Part shown: positions 19,078 through 30,014 of the stretch, piece by piece
How positions within the stretch are numbered: position 1 is the first letter of the stretch
How the letters are laid out: each line of letters opens with the position of its first letter
From: an uncultured Acidobacteriota bacterium
GTDB taxonomy: Bacteria; Acidobacteriota; Thermoanaerobaculia; Multivoradales; UBA5704
Length of the DNA: 64,000 nt
Assembly: GCA_963700145.1 (NCBI GenBank)
Contig: OY969474.1
Span: 4,544,001 to 4,608,000 of the forward strand
Direction of reading: 5' to 3'
Made by a program: the position numbers and the translations under genes
Notes under the pieces: generated by a model
The model's database searches: none
What the model saw: only the letters and a program-made list of their open reading frames with translations
Told to the model about the DNA's origin: nothing

Positions 19078-19311
19078 CGACGACCGAGGACGGTCGCTGG
19101 CGACGCCGGTTGGCGAATCGCGGAAGGCGGACGTGCCCCCGGGTGTCAACATCCGTTGAACTTAGACGTGTCGGGAGTAGAATGCTCACCGTAGTCCGAT
19201 GCCGCGAGATTCTCGGCGCCGATTGCCGGCTGACCGACGCCGAAGTCGAGAAGCTGCGCGACTTCGTCTACGGCTTTGCGGACATCGCGCTGAGGATCGC
19301 CAGGGAGAGTC

Positions 19312-20910
19312 ATGACGCAGGACGGAGCTGGAACCCTCAACGGCGGCGCTGGGAAGAGCGCCAAGCGGAGCGCCGCCCGGGCGGTGGTCTACTGCCGGGT
19401 GTCCAGCCACGAGCAGCTCAAGGGCCTGAGTCTGGAGACGCAGTCGAAGGCCTGCATCGACTACTGCCGTTCCCAGGGGATGGAAGTGGCGGAAGTCTTC
19501 GTGGAGCGGGCCGAGTCGGCGAGCACGACCGACCGGACGCAGCTCCAGCGGATGCTGACCTACTGCCGGACGCACCGGGGGCGGATCCACTTCCTGGTGG
19601 TCTACATGCTGGACCGCTTCGCGCGGAACCAGTACGACCACCACGCTTTGAAGGCCCACCTGCAGAAGCTCGGGATCACGCTGCGGGCGGTCGCTCAGCC
19701 GATCGACGACTCGTCGACCGGGAAGCTGATGGACGGCATCCTGGCGGCGTTCAACGAGTTCGACAACAACGTCCGACGGGAACGCTGCGTCACGGGGATG
19801 CAGGCGGCGGCGAGCAAGGGACGCTGGGTGTTCCCGCCGCCGCTCGGCTATCGAATCGCGCTGAAGGCTGACGGCGCGAAGACGATCGAGCCGGACCCCG
19901 AGGCGGCTCCTCTGGTCCGCCACGCTTTCGCGATGGCGGCCTCCGGCCTCCACAGCGTCGCCGACATCCTGCGCGAGGTGCGGCGCCGTGGCCTCACGGG
20001 CCGGCGGGGGGCAACGCTGTCGAGCACGATGATGCACAAGATCCTGCGCAAGACGGTCTATCAGGGCCGCGTCGTGGTCGAGGAGTGGGGCATCGACGTC
20101 GCGGGCGACTTCGAGCCCCTCGTCGACGCGGAGACCTTCCTGTTGGCGCAGGCTGGGCGCGATGTCAAACGCCAGCCGATCGCCGGCTATCAGCGCAACC
20201 ACCCGGACTTTCCGCTGCGTCGTTTCGTGCGTTGTGGTCACTGCTCCCGGCCCCTGACCGGCGCCTGGTCGAAGGGGAAGCGGGCGCGCTACGCCTACTA
20301 CAACTGCCCAGGTTGCCGCCGGATCAACGTTCCGCAGCAGCAGTTCGAGGCGCGCTTTGTCGAGCTCCTGGACCGCCTCAGTCCTCGGCCCGAGGTGCTG
20401 CGGCTACTCTCCGCCGCCGTGCTCGAGCGCTGGAACGAGGAGCAGAAGGGTGTCGTCGAGAAGCGGCGGGCGATCGAGCAGCGGCTCGAAGTGCTTCAAC
20501 AGCGCAAGGAGCGGGTCGTGAGCGCCTACCTCTACGAGGGCGCGATCGACAAGGAGACCTACCAGTCCCACATGGCGCGGGTCGAGGAGGAGCTGACGCT
20601 CGCCAAGATCGACCGCCACGACGCCGAGATCGACGAGTTCGACATCGAGGGCACCCTGGCGTTCGCCGAACACCTGGTCACCCACTCGAGTCGCCTTTGG
20701 ATTGAGGCTGCGCTGGATCAGCGGCAGCGGCTGCAGAAGCTGTTTTTCCCGGAAGGTCTCAGCTTCGACGGCGAAGAATTTCGAACACCCCTAACATGTC
20801 CATTTTTCAACAACATCGAGGGGACTTCCCAACAGGTGAGTGAAATGGTGGAGCAGAAGGGATTCGAACCCTCGACCCCCACGTTGCGAACGTGGTGCTC
20901 TCCCAGCTGA
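19312..20910 (+). CDS. Large serine recombinase (integrase) with recombinase and Zn-ribbon domains
   Basis: VVYCRVSS catalytic Ser, DRTQLQRML, LDRFARN, PPLGY, CGHC...CPGC, coiled coil; last ~21 codons read antisense through the tRNA. Confidence 0.95.
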   Translation: MTQDGAGTLNGGAGKSAKRSAARAVVYCRVSSHEQLKGLSLETQSKACIDYCRSQGMEVAEVFVERAESASTTDRTQLQRMLTYCRTHRGRIHFLVVYMLDRFARNQYDHHALKAHLQKLGITLRAVAQPIDDSSTGKLMDGILAAFNEFDNNVRRERCVTGMQAAASKGRWVFPPPLGYRIALKADGAKTIEPDPEAAPLVRHAFAMAASGLHSVADILREVRRRGLTGRRGATLSSTMMHKILRKTVYQGRVVVEEWGIDVAGDFEPLVDAETFLLAQAGRDVKRQPIAGYQRNHPDFPLRRFVRCGHCSRPLTGAWSKGKRARYAYYNCPGCRRINVPQQQFEARFVELLDRLSPRPEVLRLLSAAVLERWNEEQKGVVEKRRAIEQRLEVLQQRKERVVSAYLYEGAIDKETYQSHMARVEEELTLAKIDRHDAEIDEFDIEGTLAFAEHLVTHSSRLWIEAALDQRQRLQKLFFPEGLSFDGEEFRTPLTCPFFNNIEGTSQQVSEMVEQKGFEPSTPTLRTWCSPS

Positions 20911-20921
20911 GCTACTGCCCC
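20846..20921 (-). tRNA. tRNA-Ala(CGC)
   Basis: GGGGCAGTAGCTCAGCTGGGAGAGCACCACGTTCGCAACGTGGGGGTCGAGGGTTCGAATCCCTTCTGCTCCACCA; anticodon CGC, G3:U70 pair, encoded CCA. Confidence 0.97.
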
Positions 20922-21070
20922 ACGAGACGGGAGACCGGGCATTGTACCCGGCGCCTGCGCGACCCGGCAACTCGACGCACCGCGAGGCACGGTTCATGCT
21001 ACCGCTATCGGTACGGCCCGGAGGACGGGCCGTCCCGGACATCCCGAAGAACCAGATTGGAGGCTCGAAC

Positions 21071-21427
21071 ATGCCAGAGACATTCGGAGACACCGACACC
21101 CTGGGCGGCGGCGCGGCCGACGCCGCGGGTGCCGAAACGGCGGCCGGACGCGCCGACGGCGACGTGCTGACCGCCCGCGACAAGTTCCGCAAGGTGAGCG
21201 AAGAGGTGCGGCGCGGCGCCGAGGTGGCGCGCGAGCGCTACAACGACGCGGCCGAGAACCTCCGCCTCGGTTACGACAAGGTGCGGGTCCAGGCCAACGA
21301 CGTCGGCGGCCAGGTCAACACCTTCGTGCGCGACAACCCCGGCAAGGCGGTGCTGCTCGCCGCCGCCGCCGGTTTCCTGGTCGGGCTCGTGGTGCGCCGC
21401 GGCCGCGACGAGGAAGACGCCGACTGA
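21071..21427 (+). CDS. DUF883/ElaB-YqjD-like tail-anchored membrane protein
   Basis: RBS GGAGG; C-terminal FVRDNPGKAVLLAAAAGFLVGLVVRR. Confidence 0.8.
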   Translation: MPETFGDTDTLGGGAADAAGAETAAGRADGDVLTARDKFRKVSEEVRRGAEVARERYNDAAENLRLGYDKVRVQANDVGGQVNTFVRDNPGKAVLLAAAAGFLVGLVVRRGRDEEDAD

Positions 21428-21489
21428 CGACGCGTGAGGCGGGGCGGCCGGGGGGTCCCACCCGGCCGGCCGCCCCCCGGGAGACCTGC

Positions 21490-21729
21490 ATGGCGAGCGT
21501 GGAACAGCGATCGATGGTGGACGAGGTGCTCGACGAGCTCCTCCCCGAGGGGTTCGACTGGGAGCGGCTGGTGCGCAGCTACCCGCTGCCCGCCCTGCTG
21601 GCGGCGGCGGCCGGGGGCTTCCTCCTGGCCTACAGCCGCGGCCCTGCTATCATCGGCGGGCTCTCGGCCCTGGCGACCGCGCAGGTCGCCGACGCGGTCA
21701 AAGACGCGGTGGCCGAGCGGCTCTTCTGA
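21490..21729 (+). CDS. Small hypothetical membrane protein
   Basis: LVRSYPLPALLAAAAGGFLLA hydrophobic segment, GGAG RBS, host-like codon usage. Confidence 0.65.
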   Translation: MASVEQRSMVDEVLDELLPEGFDWERLVRSYPLPALLAAAAGGFLLAYSRGPAIIGGLSALATAQVADAVKDAVAERLF

Positions 21730-21804
21730 CGCGGTTCCCTCGCAGGCGGTGAGGCGGGCGGCCCGCGGCGCCGGGCGGCGACGCCCGCACCCCTTCGTCC
21801 CGCC

Positions 21805-22668
21805 TTGCGCACCATCTTCCACATCTCCGACGTCCACTTCGGGCCGCCGCACCGGCCCCGCATGGCCCAGGGGGTGCACGAGTTCATCGCCGCCCACAAG
21901 CCGGACGTCGTCGTCCTCTCCGGCGACCTGACCCAGCGGGCGCGCCCCGAGCAGTTCCGGCAGGCGCGCGAGTTCGTCGACCGCATCCCGGTCCCCACCC
22001 TCGTCGTCCCCGGCAACCACGACGTGCCGCTCTACCGCGTCTGGGAGCGGGCCCTCGACCCCTTCGGCGCCTACCGGCGGCACTTCGCCCCCGAGCTCGA
22101 GCCGATCTTCCGCGACGACGAGATGCTGATCGTCGGCATCAACACCGCCTACAACTGGACCTGGAAGGAGGGACGGATCACGCCGGCGCGCCTCTTGGAG
22201 GTGGGGGAGCTGCTGTCGGCGACGCCGGAGACGATCTTCAAGGTGGTCGTCGCCCACCACCACCTCATCCCGCCCCCCAACTTCGGCACCCAGCGGGTCT
22301 GCGCCAACGCCTACGAGGCGATCGACGTCTTCTCGAGCGCCGGGGTGGACCTGATCCTCTCCGGCCACCTCCACCAGGCCTACATCGGCAACTCCGAGGA
22401 GTTCTACCCCAAGGGGCGGCCGCCGGTCGTCATCCTCCACTCCGGCACCACGACCTCCGGCCGCGGCCGCGCCGGCGAGCGCGAGAAGAACACCTGCAAC
22501 TGGATCCGCCTGGACGGTAAGTCCATGGTGGCGTCGCACTTCCGCTGGCACGACGAACTGGGCCGCTTCGCCGAGCACAGCCGCCACTGGTACCCCCGCC
22601 AGGAGGTCCATCCCTACACCCTCGAGGGCCTTCAGGGGCAGGAGGGGGATCAGGACGATCCGCTATGA
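21805..22668 (+). CDS. Calcineurin-like metallophosphoesterase (Icc/CpdA-like)
   Basis: HISDVHFG, SGDLT, PGNHD, HHH, SGHLH. Confidence 0.92.
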   Translation: MRTIFHISDVHFGPPHRPRMAQGVHEFIAAHKPDVVVLSGDLTQRARPEQFRQAREFVDRIPVPTLVVPGNHDVPLYRVWERALDPFGAYRRHFAPELEPIFRDDEMLIVGINTAYNWTWKEGRITPARLLEVGELLSATPETIFKVVVAHHHLIPPPNFGTQRVCANAYEAIDVFSSAGVDLILSGHLHQAYIGNSEEFYPKGRPPVVILHSGTTTSGRGRAGEREKNTCNWIRLDGKSMVASHFRWHDELGRFAEHSRHWYPRQEVHPYTLEGLQGQEGDQDDPL

Positions 22669-22699
22669 TCCCCGCCACCTTCGGAGTGCAATCGCAGAC

Positions 22700-24753
<2,054 letters not shown>

Positions 24754-24757
<4 letters not shown>

Positions 24758-26046
24758 GGCGCGCCGCCGCGCCGGCCGCCGAGCTGGAAGTCCTCCACGG
24801 CCTCCCCGGGCACATCGCCGTCGAGCGGCTGGACAACGGGCTGACCGTCTGCCTGCTCGAGAACCGGCAGGCGCCGCTGGTCACCACCGCCCTCTGGTAC
24901 CGCGCCGGCACCCGCGACGAGGCGCCGGCGCTGGGGGGCACCGCCCACTTCCTCGAGCACATGATGTTCAAGGGCAGCCCGCGCTACGGCCCGGGCGAGA
25001 TCGACCGCCGCACCCAGGCCCTCGGCGGCGCCAACAACGCCTTCACCAGCCACGACGCCACCGCCTACTACTTCAACTTCGCCGCCGACCGCTGGGGCGA
25101 GGCGCTGGCGATCGAGGCCGACCGCATGGCCGCCCTGCTGCTCGACCCCGACGAGGTGGCGAGCGAGCGGCAGGTGATCCTCGAAGAGATCGCCATGTAC
25201 GACAGCGAGCCCTGGGACGCGCTGGAGATGGCGGTACAGCCGCGGCTCTTCGGCGGCCACCCCTACGGCCGCCCGGTGCTGGGGACGGCGGACGAGCTGG
25301 GCGCGATCGGCCGCGAGGAGCTGGCGGCCTTCCACGCCCGCTACTACCGGCCCGACAACGCCGTGCTGGTGGTGGCCGGCGACCTCGGCCCGGACGCCTT
25401 GGGCACGGTCGAGCGCGCCCTCGGCGGCCTCCCCGCCGGCGGCCACGGCCGCGCGCCGGCGACCGAGCCCGCCTACCCTGCGGCGCTCGACCGGCTGGAG
25501 CGGCGGAAGGGCGAGGTGCCGCGTCTCCTGCTCTCCCTGCCCGCGCCGCCCGGCGGCCACCCCGACCACGCGCCCCTCCGCCTCCTCGTCTCCCTCCTCG
25601 GCTCCGGCCGCACCAGCCGCCTGCAGCGCGCCCTGGTCGACGAGGGGCAGCTCTGCGTCTGGGTCTCGGCCGACCTCTCGGAGAACCAGGGGCCGGGGCA
25701 GGTCACCCTGGGCGCCGAGGTTGTGCCCGGCGCCGAGCCGGCGGTGGTCGAGGCCGAGCTGCTGCGCCAGCTCGCCCTCCTCGCCGGCGAGCCGCCCGGC
25801 GCCGAGGAGCTGGCGCGGGCCAAGCAGGTGGCGCTCGCCGACTGGGTCTTCGGCCACGAGCGGGTCCACCAGCAGGCGCTGGCCGCCGGCTTCGCGCTCG
25901 CCCTCTTCGACCTCGAGCACCTCGAGCGCGAGCTGGAGCGGCTGAGCGCGGTCGGCCCCGAGCGGCTCCTCGATGTCGCCGACCGCTACCTCCGCCCCGA
26001 GCGCGGCGGCGTCCTCGGCTGGTCGCTTCCGAGGTCGGCGGCGTGA
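24754..26046 (+). CDS. M16 family zinc peptidase (active subunit)
   Basis: AHFLEHMMFKG (HxxEH), NAFTSHD. Confidence 0.93.
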
Positions 26047-27356
26047 GCGGCGGCCGGGCGAGCGACGAGCGGGCGGCCGCCGGAGTCGTCGCCGCCGAGG
26101 CGGAGCGGGTGGCCGCCCCGGCGCTCCACCCGGCCGAGCGGCTGGGCCTGCGGGTGAAGCGCGTCGAGGGGGCGCCGGTCGTGGCGGTGCGGGTCTGGGT
26201 GCGGTCGGGGGCGCGTGTCGAGACGGTCCCCGGCCAGGCGCTGATCACCGGGCGGATGCTCGCCGAGGGCACCCGCCGGCGCGACTGGCGGCGGATCGCC
26301 GACGAGGCCGAGGCGCGCGGCATGATCGTGGCGAGCTTCGGCGGCTTCGAGCTGCACGGGGTGGCGATCGACGCCCTGGCGCAGGACTGGGAGCTGGGCC
26401 TGGAGTGGGCGGCGGAGCTGCTGCTCGAGCCCTCGTTCCCCGAGGACCGCACCGCCTGGCTGGCGCGGCAGGCGGCGGCCGAGCTGGAGAGCCTGGCCGA
26501 CCAGCCGGAGGTCAGGACTGCCTGGGGTTTCAACGAGCAGCTCTACGCGCCGCACCCGCGCAGCCGGCCGGTGCAGGGGGACGCCGCGAGCCTCCTCGCG
26601 CTCACCTCCGCCGACCTCGCGGTCTTCCACCGCCACGCCCTGGGCGGGCGCGTGGTGCTGACCGTCGCCGGGCGGCTGGACCGCGAGGCCGTCGAGCGGC
26701 GGGCGCGCGAGCTCTTCGCCGACCTGCCCGCCGCCTCCCCGGCTTGGCCGGAGCCGCCGCCGCCGGACGGCCGCGCCGCCCCGCGCCGGGTGGTGGAGGT
26801 CGAGGCGGAGGAGCAGGCGCACCTCTACATGGGCCACTTGACCGTGCCGCGCCGGCACCCGGACTACGCGGCGCTGGAGCTGCTGGCCGTGGTGCTCGGC
26901 TCGGGCTCCGGGCTCACCGGCCGCATCCCCACCCGCATCCGCGAGCGCGAAGGGCTGGCCTACAGCGCCCACGCCCAGGTCGTCGCCGGCGCCGGCCTCG
27001 ACCCGGGACGGCTGGTGGCCTACGTCGGCACCGCGCCGGCCCACGCCGCCCGGGCCGAACAGGGGGTCGCCGAGGAGCTGCGCCGGCTGGTCGACGACGG
27101 GATCGAGGAGAGCGAGCTCGAGGAAGCGCGGGCCTACCTGCTCGGACGCGAGCCCTTCCGCCGCGAGACTGCGCGGCAGTGGGCCGACCTGATGGCCGAG
27201 GCCGAGCACTACGGGCTGCCGCTCGAGGACGCCGCGTGGCGGGCCGCGCGCTTCGCGGAGCTGGACCGCCCGGCGGTCGAGGCCGCCGCACGCCGCCACC
27301 TGCGCCCGGACGAGCTGAAAGTGACCCTGGGACTGCCGGAAGGAGACGCCGGATGA
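26043..27356 (+). CDS. M16 family peptidase partner subunit (no HxxEH)
   Basis: M16 fold motifs, RIREREGLAY; coupled to preceding gene. Confidence 0.9.
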   Translation: MSGGRASDERAAAGVVAAEAERVAAPALHPAERLGLRVKRVEGAPVVAVRVWVRSGARVETVPGQALITGRMLAEGTRRRDWRRIADEAEARGMIVASFGGFELHGVAIDALAQDWELGLEWAAELLLEPSFPEDRTAWLARQAAAELESLADQPEVRTAWGFNEQLYAPHPRSRPVQGDAASLLALTSADLAVFHRHALGGRVVLTVAGRLDREAVERRARELFADLPAASPAWPEPPPPDGRAAPRRVVEVEAEEQAHLYMGHLTVPRRHPDYAALELLAVVLGSGSGLTGRIPTRIREREGLAYSAHAQVVAGAGLDPGRLVAYVGTAPAHAARAEQGVAEELRRLVDDGIEESELEEARAYLLGREPFRRETARQWADLMAEAEHYGLPLEDAAWRAARFAELDRPAVEAAARRHLRPDELKVTLGLPEGDAG

Positions 27357-27859
27357 CGGCGACGTGCCGCCGCGCCGCGGCGCTGTTCCTGCTGCTGGCG
27401 GCCGCCGCCCTGCCGGCCGGCGCCGCGGAGCTGTACACCCTGGCCGACCTCCACTGGATCGCCGGGCGCTGGGCCACCACCGTGAACGGCATGCCGGGCG
27501 AAGAGATCTGGCACGAGCCGCTCGGTGAGACGATGACCGGCACCTTCGCCCTGGTGCGCGAAGGGCAGCCGGCCTTCTACGAGATGATGGCGATCGAAGT
27601 GGACCGCAAGGGCCCGGTGCTGCTGCTGCGGCAGTTCAATGCCGGCCTCGCCGACGCGCGGCCGGACGTCCTGCGCTTTCCGCTCGTCCGTCTCGAAGTC
27701 GGCGACGAGGTCCGGGAGGCGGTCTTCGAGGGCCCGGACGGCGAAGGCTCCGCCCGCCTCACCTACCGGCGCAAGAAGGACGAGCTGACGGTCGTCCTCG
27801 ACAAGACGAAGGGCGGCAAGACCGAGAGCCGGACCTTCGAGTTCCGGCTGCAGCGTTAG
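27353..27859 (+). CDS. Secreted DUF6265-like protein
   Basis: Signal peptide; LADLHWIAGRW...EEIWHEP...FYEMM. Confidence 0.7.
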   Translation: MTATCRRAAALFLLLAAAALPAGAAELYTLADLHWIAGRWATTVNGMPGEEIWHEPLGETMTGTFALVREGQPAFYEMMAIEVDRKGPVLLLRQFNAGLADARPDVLRFPLVRLEVGDEVREAVFEGPDGEGSARLTYRRKKDELTVVLDKTKGGKTESRTFEFRLQR

Positions 27860-27879
27860 CAAGTCACCCAACGTACCGG

Positions 27880-29124
27880 CTATGTCATCCCGAGCGTAGC
27901 CGAGGGATCTGGGTGGGGGAGGTCTGGCGCGCCACCCTCGGAATGACGTTGGGCGACCAGCAGCACGTTCGCGTACGGGGTACCCTCATCCAGCCTGGCG
28001 GGGGGCTCCACCACCAGTCCCTTCGCCATCAGGAGCGCCCGCCACTCTTCGCCGGTGCGGTAGCGGAAGCGCTGGCGCAGGTGGCCGCGCGCCAGGGCGC
28101 AGAGCCGCTCGGCGGCGCGGGTGGCGAGGAAGCGGGCGCCGCCGGCGGCGTCGGCCTCGCGCACCAGGAGCACCCCTCCTGGTTCCAGGCAACCCGCGGC
28201 GCGCGCCAGCAAGTTCTCCTGCGCGGCGGCGGGCAGGTAGTGGAGAACGTCGAGGAGCAGCACCGCGCGGGCGGGCGGCAGCGGCGCCGTCGTCAGGTCC
28301 GCCGGCTCGATCGTCGCCGCGCCGTCGAGCGCCGCCACGGCCGCCGCGGCGATCCGCGGTCGGCCTTCGATCCCGTGCAGCACCGCGTTCATGGGCGGGC
28401 TCGGCCAGCCCGCCGGCAGCTCGCCGCGCGCCGCCGCCGCCCGCGCCGCGACGACCAGCGCGAGCAGGATCCCCCGGCCGCACCCGAGATCGAGCAGCCG
28501 CCCGCCGTCCGGCAGCGCCCCCCGCCGCAAGAGGTCCAGGTAGACGGGGTCGTGGCGCAGCTTCCCGCGCACGAACTCCCAGTGGAAGATCCCGGCCGCG
28601 AGGTACGGCCGCGCCGCCGCCTCGATCAGCGCCTCGACCGTGGCCGGCCGGCGGCGGCTGCGCAGGGTGAGCCAGGTCGCGGCACCGAGCGCCGCGCCGA
28701 GCACCGTCCCCACCGCCAGGCTGCCGAGCGCGAGGTCCAACCCGATGCCCGCCGCGCCGCGCTCGGCGAGCTGCGCCGGCGCCAGGCCGGCGAGGCTGCC
28801 GCCGCGTAGGAGGCGGCCGGCGCCGATCTCGGCCGCGATCAGGAAGGGCGCGGTGAGCGGGTTGTTGAGCTGCGCCGCCAGGTAGGCCTTCATGCGGTTC
28901 AAGCCGAGGAGGCGCCCGGCGGCCAGGCAGAGGGCGAGGTGGAGGCCGTAGAGCGGCAGGCAGCCGATGAAGACGCCGGCGGCGACCGCCCAGGCTTGGC
29001 GGGCCGGCGAGCCGCCCTCGGTGCGCAGGCGGTAGACGAGCTCGGCGAAGGCGCGGCCGGGGCGGTCCCGCCGCGGCGGCGGCTCGGCGGCGTCCGGCGC
29101 CGCCGACCCCTCGGCCGTGCTCAC
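27880..29124 (-). CDS. DUF2062 membrane domain fused to a class I SAM methyltransferase
   Basis: GTG start overlapping upstream TGA; AWAVAAGVFIGCLPLYG...NNPLTAPF (DUF2062-like); LLDLGCGRG, LLDVLHYL. Confidence 0.85.
   Translation of the reverse strand: MSTAEGSAAPDAAEPPPRRDRPGRAFAELVYRLRTEGGSPARQAWAVAAGVFIGCLPLYGLHLALCLAAGRLLGLNRMKAYLAAQLNNPLTAPFLIAAEIGAGRLLRGGSLAGLAPAQLAERGAAGIGLDLALGSLAVGTVLGAALGAATWLTLRSRRRPATVEALIEAAARPYLAAGIFHWEFVRGKLRHDPVYLDLLRRGALPDGGRLLDLGCGRGILLALVVAARAAAARGELPAGWPSPPMNAVLHGIEGRPRIAAAAVAALDGAATIEPADLTTAPLPPARAVLLLDVLHYLPAAAQENLLARAAGCLEPGGVLLVREADAAGGARFLATRAAERLCALARGHLRQRFRYRTGEEWRALLMAKGLVVEPPARLDEGTPYANVLLVAQRHSEGGAPDLPHPDPSATLGMT
27884..27947. repeat. REP-like palindromic element
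   Basis: GTCATCCCGAGCGTAGCCGAGGGATCT...CTCGGAATGAC; terminal inverted repeat 10/11. Confidence 0.8.
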
Positions 29125-29990
29125 GCCGCGGCGGCCTCGTCCGGGGCCGGCAGCGGCACGGCGCGGAGGCTGCGCGCCGCGAGCGCGTCGAGCAGGCGCG
29201 GCAGGGCCTCCAGCACCACCGGGCGGCCGTTGCGGTCGCGGGCGCCGCCGCCGTCGTGGAGGAGGAGGACGTCGCCGGCGGCGAGGCCGCGCACGAGGCG
29301 GTCCGCCACCCGCCGCGGGTCGCGCGCCACGGCGTCGAAGCCGCGCCGGGTCCAGGTGGCGAGGGCGAGGCCCGAGCGGTGGAGGACGAGGTCGGTCCAA
29401 GGGGCGCGGAAGCCGGCCGGCGGCCGGAAGAGACGCGGCGCCCGGCCGCAGGCGCGGCCGATCGCCTCCTGCGCGCCGGCGATCTCCCGCTCCATGACGC
29501 GCGGGCCGCGGAAGGCGAAGTGAGCGGGGTGGGTGTGGGTGTGGTTCTCGATCCGGTGGCCGGCTGCGGCGGCGGCGGCGGCGATCTCGGGGTGCGCGGC
29601 GGCGCGCCGGCCGACGCAGAAGAAGCTGGCGTGCGCGCCGCGCGCGACGAGGAGCTCGAGGACGCGCGGCGTGACCTCGGGGTCCGGACCGTCGTCGAAG
29701 GTGAGGGCCACCTCGCCCCGCGCCGCCGCAGCCTCCGGGAGCCGGGTGAGGTTCGGTCCGAGGAGACGGCTGCGCGGGCGCAGGCAGGCCTGGGCCACGG
29801 CGAGGTGGTCGGCGAGCGCCGCGCCGAGGAGCCACGGCCACTGCTGCGGAGCGGCGAGAAGGGCGATGGCCGCCGCGCCGTGAATCGCCAGCGACCCGGC
29901 AACCAAGGCTGGCGGTCTCCACCGCCCAGATCCTTCGCTACGCTCAGGATGACGGCGGGGGTTGTGCGCGAGATGAACCAACACCGTCAT
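29121..29990 (-). CDS. Polysaccharide deacetylase (NodB family); start uncertain
   Basis: VALTFDDGP, ENHTHTH, FRPPAG, LLLHDG. Confidence 0.9.
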   Translation of the reverse strand: MTVLVHLAHNPRRHPERSEGSGRWRPPALVAGSLAIHGAAAIALLAAPQQWPWLLGAALADHLAVAQACLRPRSRLLGPNLTRLPEAAAARGEVALTFDDGPDPEVTPRVLELLVARGAHASFFCVGRRAAAHPEIAAAAAAAGHRIENHTHTHPAHFAFRGPRVMEREIAGAQEAIGRACGRAPRLFRPPAGFRAPWTDLVLHRSGLALATWTRRGFDAVARDPRRVADRLVRGLAAGDVLLLHDGGGARDRNGRPVVLEALPRLLDALAARSLRAVPLPAPDEAAAA

Positions 29991-30014
29991 CCTGAGCGAA
30001 GCGAAGGATCTGGG
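29925..30014. repeat. Inverted pair of REP-like elements (BIME-like)
   Basis: CCCAGATCCTTCGCTACGCTCAGGATGACGG (29925-55) / CCGTCATCCTGAGCGAAGCGAAGGATCTGGG (29984-30014): 31-bp inverted repeat, 1 mismatch. Confidence 0.88.

Larger units (their letters stand above)
1..20845. mobile_element. Genomic (defence) island integrated at the 3' end of tRNA-Ala; left boundary lies outside the window
   Basis: Large serine recombinase abuts and overlaps the tRNA CCA end; cargo is BREX, helicase, excisionase-like HTH and regulators; visibly less GC-extreme than the backbone right of 21 kb. Confidence 0.85.

Noticed and set aside
17276-19311. Invertible fim-type switch near the FimB-like gene
   Set aside because: No convincing flanking inverted repeats found by eye, and the recombinase lacks its catalytic Tyr
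21441-21476. GC-rich hairpin as intrinsic terminator
   Set aside because: Stem present (GGGGCGGCCGG/CCGGCCGCCCC) but no U-tract; lies between co-oriented genes
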